In this document: piece after piece, positions 1 through 8,890 of the stretch
Position numbering within the stretch: the first letter of the stretch is position 1
How the letters are laid out: the number at the start of each line of letters is the position of its first letter
IMG/VR virus record: IMGVR_UViG_3300005529_000001
Span: 16,882-80,881 of that record
Source: a virus
Reading direction: 5' to 3' (one strand)
DNA: 64,000 bases
The notes under the pieces: model-generated
What the model saw: only the letters and a program-made list of their open reading frames with translations
Database searches by the model: none
Told to the model about the DNA's origin: nothing
Translations under genes and position numbers: made by a program

Positions 1-75
1 CGATCGCTGCCCAAGCGACACGCATGTAAAGCGGTAGTCTGCCCAGCTGTTTCTGAAAGTTAGAAATGGGTTGCA

Positions 76-420
76 TCAGTTTTCCTCACGTAAGCTCACC
101 GCAAGCGATGCCTTGAACATGCTCGAGATCGAGGACACGAACAACGCCAGCCAGTATGAGTTTGTCCAGGTGATGGGGTCGACGTCAAAAACACGGGCAA
201 CGCCGTTATTCCAGCCCAACCAGACAAATGGTGAGGTGACCAGAGCAGCCACCATGGTGATGACCCATCCCATAATCACGATCATGGCCCAACGTCGGGT
301 GATGAACCGAACGTATTCCAAGGCTCGACTCATGCCCAAACGTACCGTTTGACCACCTGCATGTTCAGGGCTGCCGAAGTGGCGAAAACGTCCAGGAGCG
401 GGTGGTCTGATGACTGCCAT
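76..420 (-). CDS. hypothetical membrane protein
   Basis: 114 aa ORF with hydrophobic central segment; no recognisable motif. Confidence 0.3.
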   Translation of the reverse strand: MAVIRPPAPGRFRHFGSPEHAGGQTVRLGMSRALEYVRFITRRWAMIVIMGWVITMVAALVTSPFVWLGWNNGVARVFDVDPITWTNSYWLALFVSSISSMFKASLAVSLREEN

Positions 421-815
421 CAGGACTTGATTGCGAACACGCCTCGAGGCTGTTCAGTTTTGAATGGATCGCCGAACAAGCACAAGACCGCCTCAGCAAA
501 GTGCCGGTGCACAAACTTGGCAAATTCGATGTGTTCGATGCCGTGACGTGTCAGGTTTGACCAAGCGAGCAACTGGATGATAGAGGGCTCTTTCTTGAAC
601 GACTCGATCAGGTTCGCCATGTCAGTGCGTTTGGTTTGGTACGCTTCCTCGACCGTCTTGAACCAGAGCGAGACCGGGTCAGCGAAAACGGAGTACAAGT
701 GCTCCTCTACCTCGTCATGCATTGAGTAGATCGATGAGATGTCGCGAAATTCCTCAGCGAGGAGTTGTTCCCGTGACATGCCCAAAACTTGTTCTTTTGT
801 CAGCTTCATCGCCAT
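420..815 (-). CDS. hypothetical protein
   Basis: 131 aa ORF, coding-like composition, start overlaps stop of downstream VWA gene. Confidence 0.4.
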   Translation of the reverse strand: MAMKLTKEQVLGMSREQLLAEEFRDISSIYSMHDEVEEHLYSVFADPVSLWFKTVEEAYQTKRTDMANLIESFKKEPSIIQLLAWSNLTRHGIEHIEFAKFVHRHFAEAVLCLFGDPFKTEQPRGVFAIKS

Positions 816-2281
816 GCCCCTCTGATGGTCTGTTCCTTTGACAGGAAGATCTGGATCTCGTCGGTATCAAACAACAGCTTGCAACCCTGGCCGAGGACCC
901 AACCTCGCTTGACACGGCTGGGGATCGGCTTCTCCGCGCACCCATCGGTCATGATCAGCATGCCGTCCCAACGTCCCCTGTTCTTGGGATCATTGACGAT
1001 GGCGGTGGGAGCTGAGAAGTTGGTCCCGCCGCTCTTGGTCCGATGCAACTTCGGCCGCATCCCCTTGCGCCACTCGTAGAGATCTTTGGGACCAGCGTAG
1101 CAGTCAAAGTGACACAGGGTGATGTCAACCTTGCGAGTCAGTTGGTCGAGCTCGTTGAAGAACATCTCACACATCTCATCGGAAACTGAACCCGATTCAT
1201 CGATGGCGATGAACAGCTTGGCAGTGTACCCACGCTTGGTGCCCGGGTGGATGTACGGGTAGCGCTTGTTAATGCGCTTGATGCTGGTCGTCCGAGCGCC
1301 CCGGACGATGCTGCCGACGAACTGCCTCAGCACCGCTCGCCAGTTGATGACGGTGCTGATGTACTTCCGGATCTCAGCGCGGATCTCTTCCGGGATGTTG
1401 CCCCATCCGTCTGACTGAGAGTCAGCGTGACGGACAGCCTTCTCGATGATCCCCTTGACCTTGCCCTCGACGTACTCCCTGAGCTCGTCAGGGATGTCAT
1501 CCCAACCGTCATGGTCGTCCATCGGACCGATGCCATAGACGATCTCGCCCTCGCTCCCGCCACCGTTCTTCTTGTTGTCGTCCATGAGCGCGTTGAAGTA
1601 CCACTCGCTGGACTTCAGGGGCGGGAACGACTCGATGAGGTCACAACGCCGCAACGTCGCCGCCTTGGAACGATCATCCAACTCAGCGAAACGCTCCGGA
1701 TCGATCCAGGGCTTGACGCCCGGGACCAGGCCCATCTTCGGGAGCGGACGTGCCACCTGGCCCGGCTCGAGGTCTCGCGGCGTGCCAGCGTTCTTGACAA
1801 TGAGCGAGTTGATGGCGAGATCGGTCCCCACGTTCCAGTCAACGGCGGGCGTCCGCCGGCGAGCATTGAGGTGCCCGCCCCACAGGTGATCGAACTCGTG
1901 ATTGAGGACCCCACGAATCTCCCAGTTTGTCAGCGGCTCACAGGTGACATCCTTCTTACGATTCGCATCGTAGTAGGTGCCCCCGCCCATGAACTGGGGG
2001 TTGACCCACATGACGACCTCGTCGTTCCTTGGATCAAAGGTCACTGCTGCGGTCGGGATGTCATGCGTGAAACGCTTCTTGACGTAACGTGAGATCTCAG
2101 CATAGAATGGCACGTCCTGGAGATATGGGATCAGGTGCCGGCCCAAGTTGAAATCGCTGTCACAGTCACGGAACCCGTGCTGCCGCGTGGAGACGTTCTG
2201 TTCAGTCATCGCCCGCGGGCCTTTCTCGGCATCCTTGGCGACGTCAGCCATCCACAGACCAGTGCGTGGCGTCCAGAGCAT
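806..2281 (-). CDS. VWA-domain protein with N-terminal HExxH metallopeptidase-like region (CobT/DUF2201-like partner of MoxR ATPases)
   Basis: 491 aa; MIDAS-like motif FIAIDESGSVS and C-terminal VWA fold signature; HEFDH zinc-binding motif upstream. Confidence 0.6.
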   Translation of the reverse strand: MLWTPRTGLWMADVAKDAEKGPRAMTEQNVSTRQHGFRDCDSDFNLGRHLIPYLQDVPFYAEISRYVKKRFTHDIPTAAVTFDPRNDEVVMWVNPQFMGGGTYYDANRKKDVTCEPLTNWEIRGVLNHEFDHLWGGHLNARRRTPAVDWNVGTDLAINSLIVKNAGTPRDLEPGQVARPLPKMGLVPGVKPWIDPERFAELDDRSKAATLRRCDLIESFPPLKSSEWYFNALMDDNKKNGGGSEGEIVYGIGPMDDHDGWDDIPDELREYVEGKVKGIIEKAVRHADSQSDGWGNIPEEIRAEIRKYISTVINWRAVLRQFVGSIVRGARTTSIKRINKRYPYIHPGTKRGYTAKLFIAIDESGSVSDEMCEMFFNELDQLTRKVDITLCHFDCYAGPKDLYEWRKGMRPKLHRTKSGGTNFSAPTAIVNDPKNRGRWDGMLIMTDGCAEKPIPSRVKRGWVLGQGCKLLFDTDEIQIFLSKEQTIRGAWR

Positions 2282-2346
2282 GAGTGGATCCTACCCCTTG
2301 GGGGTTGCGGGTTTCACCCGTCAGGCGACTCACAAACCAACGTGAA

Positions 2347-2736
2347 TCAAGCCAGATCGCGTTCCAGCAACGGTTCGTAATGGATGTGCTCGTCGACGGG
2401 CTGACGTTTCATGAACGCTTGCCGGGTGTCGTCCCATTGCAGGCTGATGCGCAGCTGCTTGTGGGTCACCACTTCGGCGATGAACGCTCTGAAACAGTTT
2501 TCGTCTACGACACGGGGGTCATCAACAACCTCGAGTCGGTAACGTTTGCTGATGCGATCGAGCTCTTCGCTGGCGAGCTTGTAGTGCCACTCAAGGTAGT
2601 CACCCGGGAGAGCGGCCCAGCATCCCTGCAATCGCCAGTTGTCAATTGACACCTGGATGTCCGGGGGCAGCCGGACACGTTCCGGCCTCGACACGGGCAC
2701 GGCGCTCCGAGCGATGATGCTGATGACCTCACCCAT
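2347..2736 (-). CDS. hypothetical protein
   Basis: 129 aa ORF. Confidence 0.35.
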   Translation of the reverse strand: MGEVISIIARSAVPVSRPERVRLPPDIQVSIDNWRLQGCWAALPGDYLEWHYKLASEELDRISKRYRLEVVDDPRVVDENCFRAFIAEVVTHKQLRISLQWDDTRQAFMKRQPVDEHIHYEPLLERDLA

Positions 2737-2739
2737 AGC

Positions 2740-3111
2740 TTAACCTTTCACTGCGAAGACGAGCCCTGCAACGTTGCCGATGACGAGAAAGACGATCATC
2801 GTCCAACCCATGAATGCCCAGGTCGGGATGTGGGCGACCATGCACCAGAACAGCGTGAACAGGCCCCAGAAAAACATCGCTCCGAAAGAGCCGACCATGC
2901 TGCCCACGACGAACTTGAAGCCCTTCGGGAAGAGCAACCAGAGGCCCATGCTGAGGAACACCGCCCAGAGCAACGTGATCATGGTTACAGTGTACCACAC
3001 CGTATCCTGGGCTTGCACCAGGGCTTTTACACCGTCATTGTAACGTTGCCGACCCCGGTATGTCTTGGGGTCGTCTTGGGAGCACCCAGAGGGCCCACGA
3101 GCCGCCCCCAA
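2740..3111 (-). CDS. hypothetical integral membrane protein
   Basis: three to four predicted TM helices (WAVFLSMGLWLLF, MVGSFGAMFFWGLF, MIVFLVIGNVAGLVFA). Confidence 0.4.
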   Translation of the reverse strand: MGAARGPSGCSQDDPKTYRGRQRYNDGVKALVQAQDTVWYTVTMITLLWAVFLSMGLWLLFPKGFKFVVGSMVGSFGAMFFWGLFTLFWCMVAHIPTWAFMGWTMIVFLVIGNVAGLVFAVKG

Positions 3112-3164
3112 AAACGCTCAAGCCTGTCAGGTGAGGGTAACCTAAGCCAGTGCTTGGGGTTGTC

Positions 3165-3755
3165 TCATGACGGTTTGGGTGCTGGTGTTTTCCCCTGGGT
3201 TTTGATGGCAGTGTCATAGGCTTTAAGCAGGGTCTGCAGGTCGTCCCGTGCGGTATCGCCTCCTGACGAGTCACCCTTCATGTACTTGCCCGCCGACTTG
3301 TCCCACGCCGAGTAGACGTTGTTCACGACATCGTTCTGGTTTGATGTCAGCGTGGGTGGAGCCGGCGGGGGTGACCCGTTGGTGAAGCCGATGCCCGACA
3401 GGTAACCCACGGTCGTTGTGCTCAACGTCTGGACGAACTTCTGGATCACTTGCTTGGCGCCATCAGTCTGTGAGACGATGGGAGGCTGACCGGTCGTTGG
3501 ATCGGGAGAGCCGTACTTGGTGATCCCATTGCCTGCCTGGCTGTACGCTGTTGCGCGTGCTGTTTTCAGGTCAGGTGTCGATGTCGTGGGTCCCAGGCCC
3601 AGCTTTGCCGCTTGGGGCGATGGTTGCGTTATCACGGGCTGCCCGGGCTTGGCGTTCTTGATCGTGTCAAGAAACGCTGATAGCTGTGAATAGAGCCCGT
3701 TGAAACCCGCGAAGACGGGACCCAGGTGAAGTGGGATGACTTTTTTGGTCGTCAT
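3165..3755 (-). CDS. hypothetical protein, Thr/Pro/Gly-rich
   Basis: 196 aa ORF. Confidence 0.35.
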   Translation of the reverse strand: MTTKKVIPLHLGPVFAGFNGLYSQLSAFLDTIKNAKPGQPVITQPSPQAAKLGLGPTTSTPDLKTARATAYSQAGNGITKYGSPDPTTGQPPIVSQTDGAKQVIQKFVQTLSTTTVGYLSGIGFTNGSPPPAPPTLTSNQNDVVNNVYSAWDKSAGKYMKGDSSGGDTARDDLQTLLKAYDTAIKTQGKTPAPKPS

Positions 3756-3756
3756 T

Positions 3757-4329
3757 TCAGGGCATCATAAGCCACACGACCGGGATGAGACACGCGATGT
3801 GACACAGTTGGTCGATCGTGATGCAGAGCAAGCCGCCAATGGGGGTCATGAAGAAAGCCTTGAAAGCTTCACGGTCATTGGCATACGTGATCTCGTCAAC
3901 GACCATGTCTGACCAACCCAACTGGCCCTTGCCCTCCATCAGCTGCTTGTACTGCTGCTCCGTCATCGAGAACGAGCCGTCAGTTCGACGACCGTGCTTC
4001 TTGACATGGTTGAACTGGTCTGCACGGCGCAGGTACTTGGCCCACATCATGACGGGCCAATAGGTGTCGATGATGAAGTGGCTGACCCACAGGATTGCGC
4101 AGGCGAGCACCGTCCGCATGTCCCAGAAGCCGACGTACATGAACAGGGGCAAGAACAACGTCGTGTAAACACCGACGTGCCGGAACCTGACCTGCCAGTT
4201 GAGCGCCTTGGCCAGCGCTTCCTTCTCTGACTGGAAGATCCAATCGGCGAAGAAGTGCCAAAACACCAAGATCGCAAAGAGCCCGCCTTGAAGGCTGGCG
4301 TGTAACAGCATGACGACGTCAGGGTCCAT
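3757..4329 (-). CDS. hypothetical membrane protein
   Basis: 190 aa, multiple hydrophobic helices. Confidence 0.4.
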   Translation of the reverse strand: MDPDVVMLLHASLQGGLFAILVFWHFFADWIFQSEKEALAKALNWQVRFRHVGVYTTLFLPLFMYVGFWDMRTVLACAILWVSHFIIDTYWPVMMWAKYLRRADQFNHVKKHGRRTDGSFSMTEQQYKQLMEGKGQLGWSDMVVDEITYANDREAFKAFFMTPIGGLLCITIDQLCHIACLIPVVWLMMP

Positions 4330-4378
4330 GCCCTCAACCTACACCCACGGACCCGGAGTTTGCACCTACTTACTTGCC

Positions 4379-4663
4379 ATGAAACTCCGTCTCGTCCAGT
4401 TACGTCGAGTCATCAAGGAAGAAGTCACGGGTGAAAAACCCACAGACTTCAACCAGTACCTCCCAGACGAGCACCAACTCGGGATGAAAGTGACCAAAGG
4501 TGGCAGCATGTGTGCCAACTGCAAGTGGGTGTCAGATGACCAGAAGTCATGTGGCAACCCATACTTCCAGGACTGGAATGAGAAAGAAAAGGGTGCTGAC
4601 GACCCGAGCAAGCTACCTGAGCCCGCTGACGAGTATTGTTGCGACCTTTGGCACCAGGCCTGA
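4379..4663 (+). CDS. small Cys-rich protein
   Basis: start MKLRLVQL inside ORF 4310..4663; CANCKW...C...CCD cysteine pattern; one of few plus-strand genes. Confidence 0.3.
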   Translation: MKLRLVQLRRVIKEEVTGEKPTDFNQYLPDEHQLGMKVTKGGSMCANCKWVSDDQKSCGNPYFQDWNEKEKGADDPSKLPEPADEYCCDLWHQA

Positions 4664-4954
4664 TCACCAGGGAGCGGGCTTCCAACCGTTATGGTTGGGT
4701 GGGATGCGAACGTGTTCGATGGGCCGCGCAATGTCACCGTACCAGATGACTAGGACTTCCCAACCCTCAGTCGGAGCTGTTTTCCGTGAGTGACGTCGTG
4801 ACACGTCGCGGTAACAAGCGATGACCATGCAGGGTTGCCAAGCGTCAACCCAGTCATCCTTGAAATGGCGACCCTGACGATCAAAGACCGCGACCCGCTT
4901 CGAAATGGACCGAAGAAGCACCCGACCTGGGACCAGGTGCCTCTCCTTGATCAC
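4664..4954 (-). CDS. hypothetical protein
   Basis: 96 aa ORF. Confidence 0.3.
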   Translation of the reverse strand: MIKERHLVPGRVLLRSISKRVAVFDRQGRHFKDDWVDAWQPCMVIACYRDVSRRHSRKTAPTEGWEVLVIWYGDIARPIEHVRIPPNHNGWKPAPW

Positions 4955-5823
4955 GTCGCCTGCAACGCCTTGGTGAACCGTTGCTTGAACAGCTTCGCCG
5001 CTCGAGCCCCGATCGCCTTGCGTGCCTCCTTGGAGTCAACGATCTCACCCGCGGCTTCACGGGTGACATCCTCTACCATTGCTGCGATGACCTGACCTGT
5101 CGATTCCATGCCGATGCCCTGGGGCAGCTTGTCAAGGACGTGTTCAAGCCTGGTCTCAGTGACCCACTCAAGAGCGATGGCCTCAGCCTCCTGGAGGACT
5201 TGCAGCTTCCCGGGATCCTCGACCTTACGGGTGGTGTTTGTCTCCCGTTCTTCGTCGCGCTTGTGCTTGGCGATGACACGTTCACCGTTGTTCTGCTTGA
5301 ACTCGACCAACGGTCGCAGGACGACGCCTTCACGGGGCTGATCACCCTCGACACCGTTGCGTCGTGCCTGTTCGGACGGGGCATCACGTTCAACGTTCAA
5401 CGCCTCGATCTCCGCGGGCACCCGCCTCCAGTGAACGAACTCGAGCCCAAGCCGACGAGAGACCTGCTCAGCGTTGGGAACGTCGAGCCAGCAATCGCCG
5501 ATCTTGACGTCAAAAGCCACGAACTTGAGTTCCTTGCCGTAGCGCCATGACTGAGCTTGCTGCTTGCCACCGTAGGCTTCGCCGAAGATGACGACTTCCA
5601 TCGCACCCAGCTCGGCCATGCCTACTGCGAGCGCTTCAGCATCGAACAGCTTGACGAAGTTGTCGTGTTTCTCGCCACCCGAGAAGAAGTGAAGCTGTCC
5701 TTCCTTGAACGAGATGTGCGCGGACGTGCCATGGATCTTCTCAAGCGCGTAGACCTCCCGGAAAAGGAAGATCATCGCCTGTGATTCAGGTCGGTACAAG
5801 TTCTGGATGTGCAAGTATCCCAT
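4951..5823 (-). CDS. RNA ligase, Rnl2-like nucleotidyltransferase
   Basis: motif I EKIHGTS (adenylated Lys), motif III VIFGEAYG, motif IV EGVVLRP, motif V VIAKHK. Confidence 0.75.
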   Translation of the reverse strand: MGYLHIQNLYRPESQAMIFLFREVYALEKIHGTSAHISFKEGQLHFFSGGEKHDNFVKLFDAEALAVGMAELGAMEVVIFGEAYGGKQQAQSWRYGKELKFVAFDVKIGDCWLDVPNAEQVSRRLGLEFVHWRRVPAEIEALNVERDAPSEQARRNGVEGDQPREGVVLRPLVEFKQNNGERVIAKHKRDEERETNTTRKVEDPGKLQVLQEAEAIALEWVTETRLEHVLDKLPQGIGMESTGQVIAAMVEDVTREAAGEIVDSKEARKAIGARAAKLFKQRFTKALQAT

Positions 5824-6048
5824 GTTACCCTCCGTAAGCTTTCAAACGATGAACCCGCGGGCTCGTTTGTCTCTTCGCGTGATCAACCAATGGACGAGCC
5901 TCGAGAGTTGCCGGTGGCTCATCTCTTCGATCCGTCTCAGACCGAGCCATCGCGCGAGACGGACTAGCGCCTCGGGCCTTGCTCGTTTGAGATGTCGTTT
6001 TTCGATCCGGATCATCGCATCACCCTTTGGGGCGGCGATGCCGTCCCG

Positions 6049-6342
6049 TCAGTCCTTTGTCTTACGCGCCGCTTTCATGAACTTGCCAAGAGCGGTATGT
6101 AGCTGTTCTGCGTCGGCTGGCGTCAGGTCAAAGATGACTGTCCGTGCTGCGTTGAACCTCGGTTGCAGTGAGAAAGTGAACTCACCCTCGTTGTTCATCT
6201 GTCCGGGATCAATGAGAGCCATCTTGACTGTCTTAACGTTGTCCGACATGGAGAACATCCTACACCCCTGTGTGAAGAAGTGTATCCCTACCACAAATCC
6301 CAGCTCGACAACGAAGGCGCGTTGAAACCTTCGTCCCACCAC
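6049..6342 (-). CDS. hypothetical protein
   Basis: 97 aa ORF. Confidence 0.35.
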   Translation of the reverse strand: MVGRRFQRAFVVELGFVVGIHFFTQGCRMFSMSDNVKTVKMALIDPGQMNNEGEFTFSLQPRFNAARTVIFDLTPADAEQLHTALGKFMKAARKTKD

Positions 6343-6557
6343 CGCTCGGGATCGTGACAGATCTCACGGGTCGCGCGGTTCAAAGCGCGACGGTGACGCC
6401 GGTTAGCGTTCCTCTTCTCGTAACGGACGGTGGCGTCGCCGATGCAAGCAAAACGGCGCACGCGGCTGCAGCTAGCCTGGACGGCTGGAAGCGTAGCAAT
6501 CATCTCTAGGGTCTCCTTGGCCCTAGAGCATGTCAACCTCTCCGTTCATGCTAGTAG

Positions 6558-6752
6558 CTATACTTCTCGTCCGCGAGAGTCTACAAACCACTGGAACTGG
6601 TCGGCCCACTCGTTGAACCTCTTGAGAGAGATCCCCATCTTTCGAGCCCGTGTTCGCCAAAGACTCTTGGACGGAACGAACGAAAAGAACCCACGCTCGA
6701 CCTTGTGCCAAGCGCTGAAAGCTTCCCACCGCTCTTCAGCGGTCAGCTTCAT
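6558..6752 (-). CDS. hypothetical protein
   Basis: start MKLTAEERW inside ORF 6558..7121; upstream part of that ORF is Ser/Thr-rich noncoding-like. Confidence 0.3.
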   Translation of the reverse strand: MKLTAEERWEAFSAWHKVERGFFSFVPSKSLWRTRARKMGISLKRFNEWADQFQWFVDSRGREV

Positions 6753-6753
6753 G

Positions 6754-7035
6754 TCAGCCGCGTGGTTCGACCGCCGCGATGCGATCTTCTTCGTTCTGGT
6801 TGTAGAAGCGGTTTTCAAGGTAGTTCCAGTGGCGTGTGTCTTGGATGCTGATCGAAAAGAAGAACTTGAAGATGTCAAGCCAGCCGCGCAAGCCAGCGTG
6901 GTCTCCCTTTGTGTTGAAACGCCAGCCGATGCTGAAGCCCTGTTGGCTACCGTACCCAACCTCGACTTCCAACGATTTGTGGAAGACCGGACCAGCAACG
7001 AAGCACCAGCTGGACACTGACGGGACGAACCGCAT
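6754..7035 (-). CDS. hypothetical protein
   Basis: 93 aa ORF abutting 6558..6752. Confidence 0.3.
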   Translation of the reverse strand: MRFVPSVSSWCFVAGPVFHKSLEVEVGYGSQQGFSIGWRFNTKGDHAGLRGWLDIFKFFFSISIQDTRHWNYLENRFYNQNEEDRIAAVEPRG

Positions 7036-7038
7036 GTG

Positions 7039-7356
7039 TTAGCCGATGATGCAGTGCCAGACGTAAGCGATACCGAACATGACCGGGTAGAGGAAACAGG
7101 TCGTGAACAGCGTAGTAACAATGGCTGCGCTCTCTGCGCTGTAGTCGAATTTCTTCACCAGCTCTTTGGTGAGGTCCCGAATGGATATGCCGATAAGCGG
7201 GAACCCGGCGACGATGAGGACGCCGACGGCTTCGAGGAACGTCAGCTCAGGCAGCCCGAACTTGCGGACGATGAACCAGTTCCACAGGTGGGAAAAAACG
7301 AAACCACCCACCAGCGCCTGGCCAATGCTGAGGAAGAAATTGAGAAAGCTTTTCAT
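7039..7356 (-). CDS. hypothetical membrane protein
   Basis: start MKSFLNFF inside ORF 7039..7413; 3 TM helices. Confidence 0.45.
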   Translation of the reverse strand: MKSFLNFFLSIGQALVGGFVFSHLWNWFIVRKFGLPELTFLEAVGVLIVAGFPLIGISIRDLTKELVKKFDYSAESAAIVTTLFTTCFLYPVMFGIAYVWHCIIG

Positions 7357-7357
7357 G

Positions 7358-8377
7358 TCACTTGTTCTCCTGTGGATCGCCGCAGCAGCGACCGCCCGTT
7401 TCATACCACCCAAAGTACTCGTAGTGCCCGTCTGTCATGGCTCGACACTGGTTGCGAACGCCAAAGACGTGGCCTGACATCAGGCCTGAACGAAACGGAG
7501 CTCGCGGTGAGTGTTCCGGGATGGCGGTGTTGTTGATGAACTCGTCGATGTTGCCAACCATATCATAGACGCCCCATGGGCTTGCACACTCGGGCTTGGA
7601 ACCCGCCGGTGTCAAGAGGTTGTCGAGGATCGTGGTGACGCGGTCATGCGGGCGTTTGGAATCGAAAACGCTGATCTCATAGCGCTTGCCCGTTTGCGGG
7701 TTGATCGGTTTTTCGGGGTCTTCGGGAAACGGGTTGTCAATGTTGCACGCCGATTCATCGCGGCTGTAACCCGGGTGCTCGCCGTGCCCCGCGTAGGGAT
7801 AGGGTTGCATATCGGGACCCTCACAAGCGAACGTCCACTCTTCCTTGGTACAGAGCCGCTTGCCTTGGGCTTCACAAGCGTGCTTGACATCGTACCATGT
7901 CATCCACGACTGGGGCCGTTGGCCCTCAACGTTGGGGTACTCGTACTTGTCAACGCAGTAGTGCTTGTGAGGCCTCTTAGCCTCTGGGGTCAGGCACTTT
8001 GTCGGGTACTGGAACTCCCCACACCGGCCCGTTGGGTATTTCTCGAGGCTCTTGGGAGGGTCTACGGTGTTGCCCTGGGCATCGACCCATCGCAAGCAGA
8101 CTTCCTGGTCGTTGGGGCAGTACGTCCCGTCAATCTCAACCATGTCAGCCGGACACATCGATCGCTCCAGCTTATCATGGCAGTTGGTGCAAGTCCCTTC
8201 GATAAACTCGCCACCCGGGTGTCGCCATCCCCCGTCATTGCTAACTCGCTGGACACCAGCAGGTGAAGCGGAGACTGCTTGGCCTGAAAAGGCCGTCATT
8301 TTCGTGACTGTCTTGTTAGAACACGCGACTACAACTGCAGTGCACGCGACCAGCGACACCGCCCAGCGCCTTCTCAT
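7358..8377 (-). CDS. FGE-sulfatase (SUMF1) domain lipoprotein
   Basis: signal peptide with lipobox VVACS; WGVYDMVGNIDEF matches the GxYDMxGN(V)xEW core of formylglycine-generating-enzyme domains; Cys-rich. Confidence 0.6.
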   Translation of the reverse strand: MRRRWAVSLVACTAVVVACSNKTVTKMTAFSGQAVSASPAGVQRVSNDGGWRHPGGEFIEGTCTNCHDKLERSMCPADMVEIDGTYCPNDQEVCLRWVDAQGNTVDPPKSLEKYPTGRCGEFQYPTKCLTPEAKRPHKHYCVDKYEYPNVEGQRPQSWMTWYDVKHACEAQGKRLCTKEEWTFACEGPDMQPYPYAGHGEHPGYSRDESACNIDNPFPEDPEKPINPQTGKRYEISVFDSKRPHDRVTTILDNLLTPAGSKPECASPWGVYDMVGNIDEFINNTAIPEHSPRAPFRSGLMSGHVFGVRNQCRAMTDGHYEYFGWYETGGRCCGDPQENK

Positions 8378-8474
8378 GTGTAGACCCCTGTTGCTGGTCT
8401 AACCTTATCATGACAGGACTGTTTGGTTCATACCCCCGTCAGAACACGAGCTGTCTCACATCTCGAGATGAATG

Positions 8475-8684
8475 CTAGTCGCCCCAATCGGCACCGCAGT
8501 CAGGACAGCTATTGTGACGCGCGTTCGGGTGCTTGCAAAAGCGGCTGATCGTTCTCAATAACTCCTGTGTGAGATGGACGTCAGCTTGCAACCCACGTAG
8601 GTGAGCGAGAACACGTTCGTGTACGTCTTTGATCTGGCTCTGTTCGAGCGGAAACGTAACCTGGGGGACGCTCATGGCATGCAC
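8475..8684 (-). CDS. small protein with C-terminal Cys pair
   Basis: 69 aa; CPDC near C-terminus; GTG start. Confidence 0.35.
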   Translation of the reverse strand: MHAMSVPQVTFPLEQSQIKDVHERVLAHLRGLQADVHLTQELLRTISRFCKHPNARHNSCPDCGADWGD

Positions 8685-8890
8685 CCTTTGATTCCATGGG
8701 GACGTTCGGTGTCTATCGCATAGTCTAGGTTCCGGCGAAGCTCGCTCAGGGCAGCCCGTGCGTTCGCATTAGGAACCGCCGCGTCGGGGACCCAGGCCAG
8801 CGCCGCCTTCAGTTGCTGTGCTTCCTCCACCGACATGTGGACGAACAGCTGCGGGCTGCGGGTCCAAGGGTTCTGGACGTGTGTCTTCAT
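8672..8890 (-). CDS. hypothetical protein
   Basis: 72 aa; ATGTGA-type overlap with ligase stop. Confidence 0.35.
   Translation of the reverse strand: MKTHVQNPWTRSPQLFVHMSVEEAQQLKAALAWVPDAAVPNANARAALSELRRNLDYAIDTERPHGIKGCMP

Noticed and set aside
1427-2092. Plus-strand 221-aa ORF
   Set aside because: Antisense shadow of the VWA-domain gene.
7511-8266. Plus-strand 251-aa ORF
   Set aside because: Antisense to the FGE-domain lipoprotein gene, which has clear motifs. This is a typical high-GC shadow ORF.
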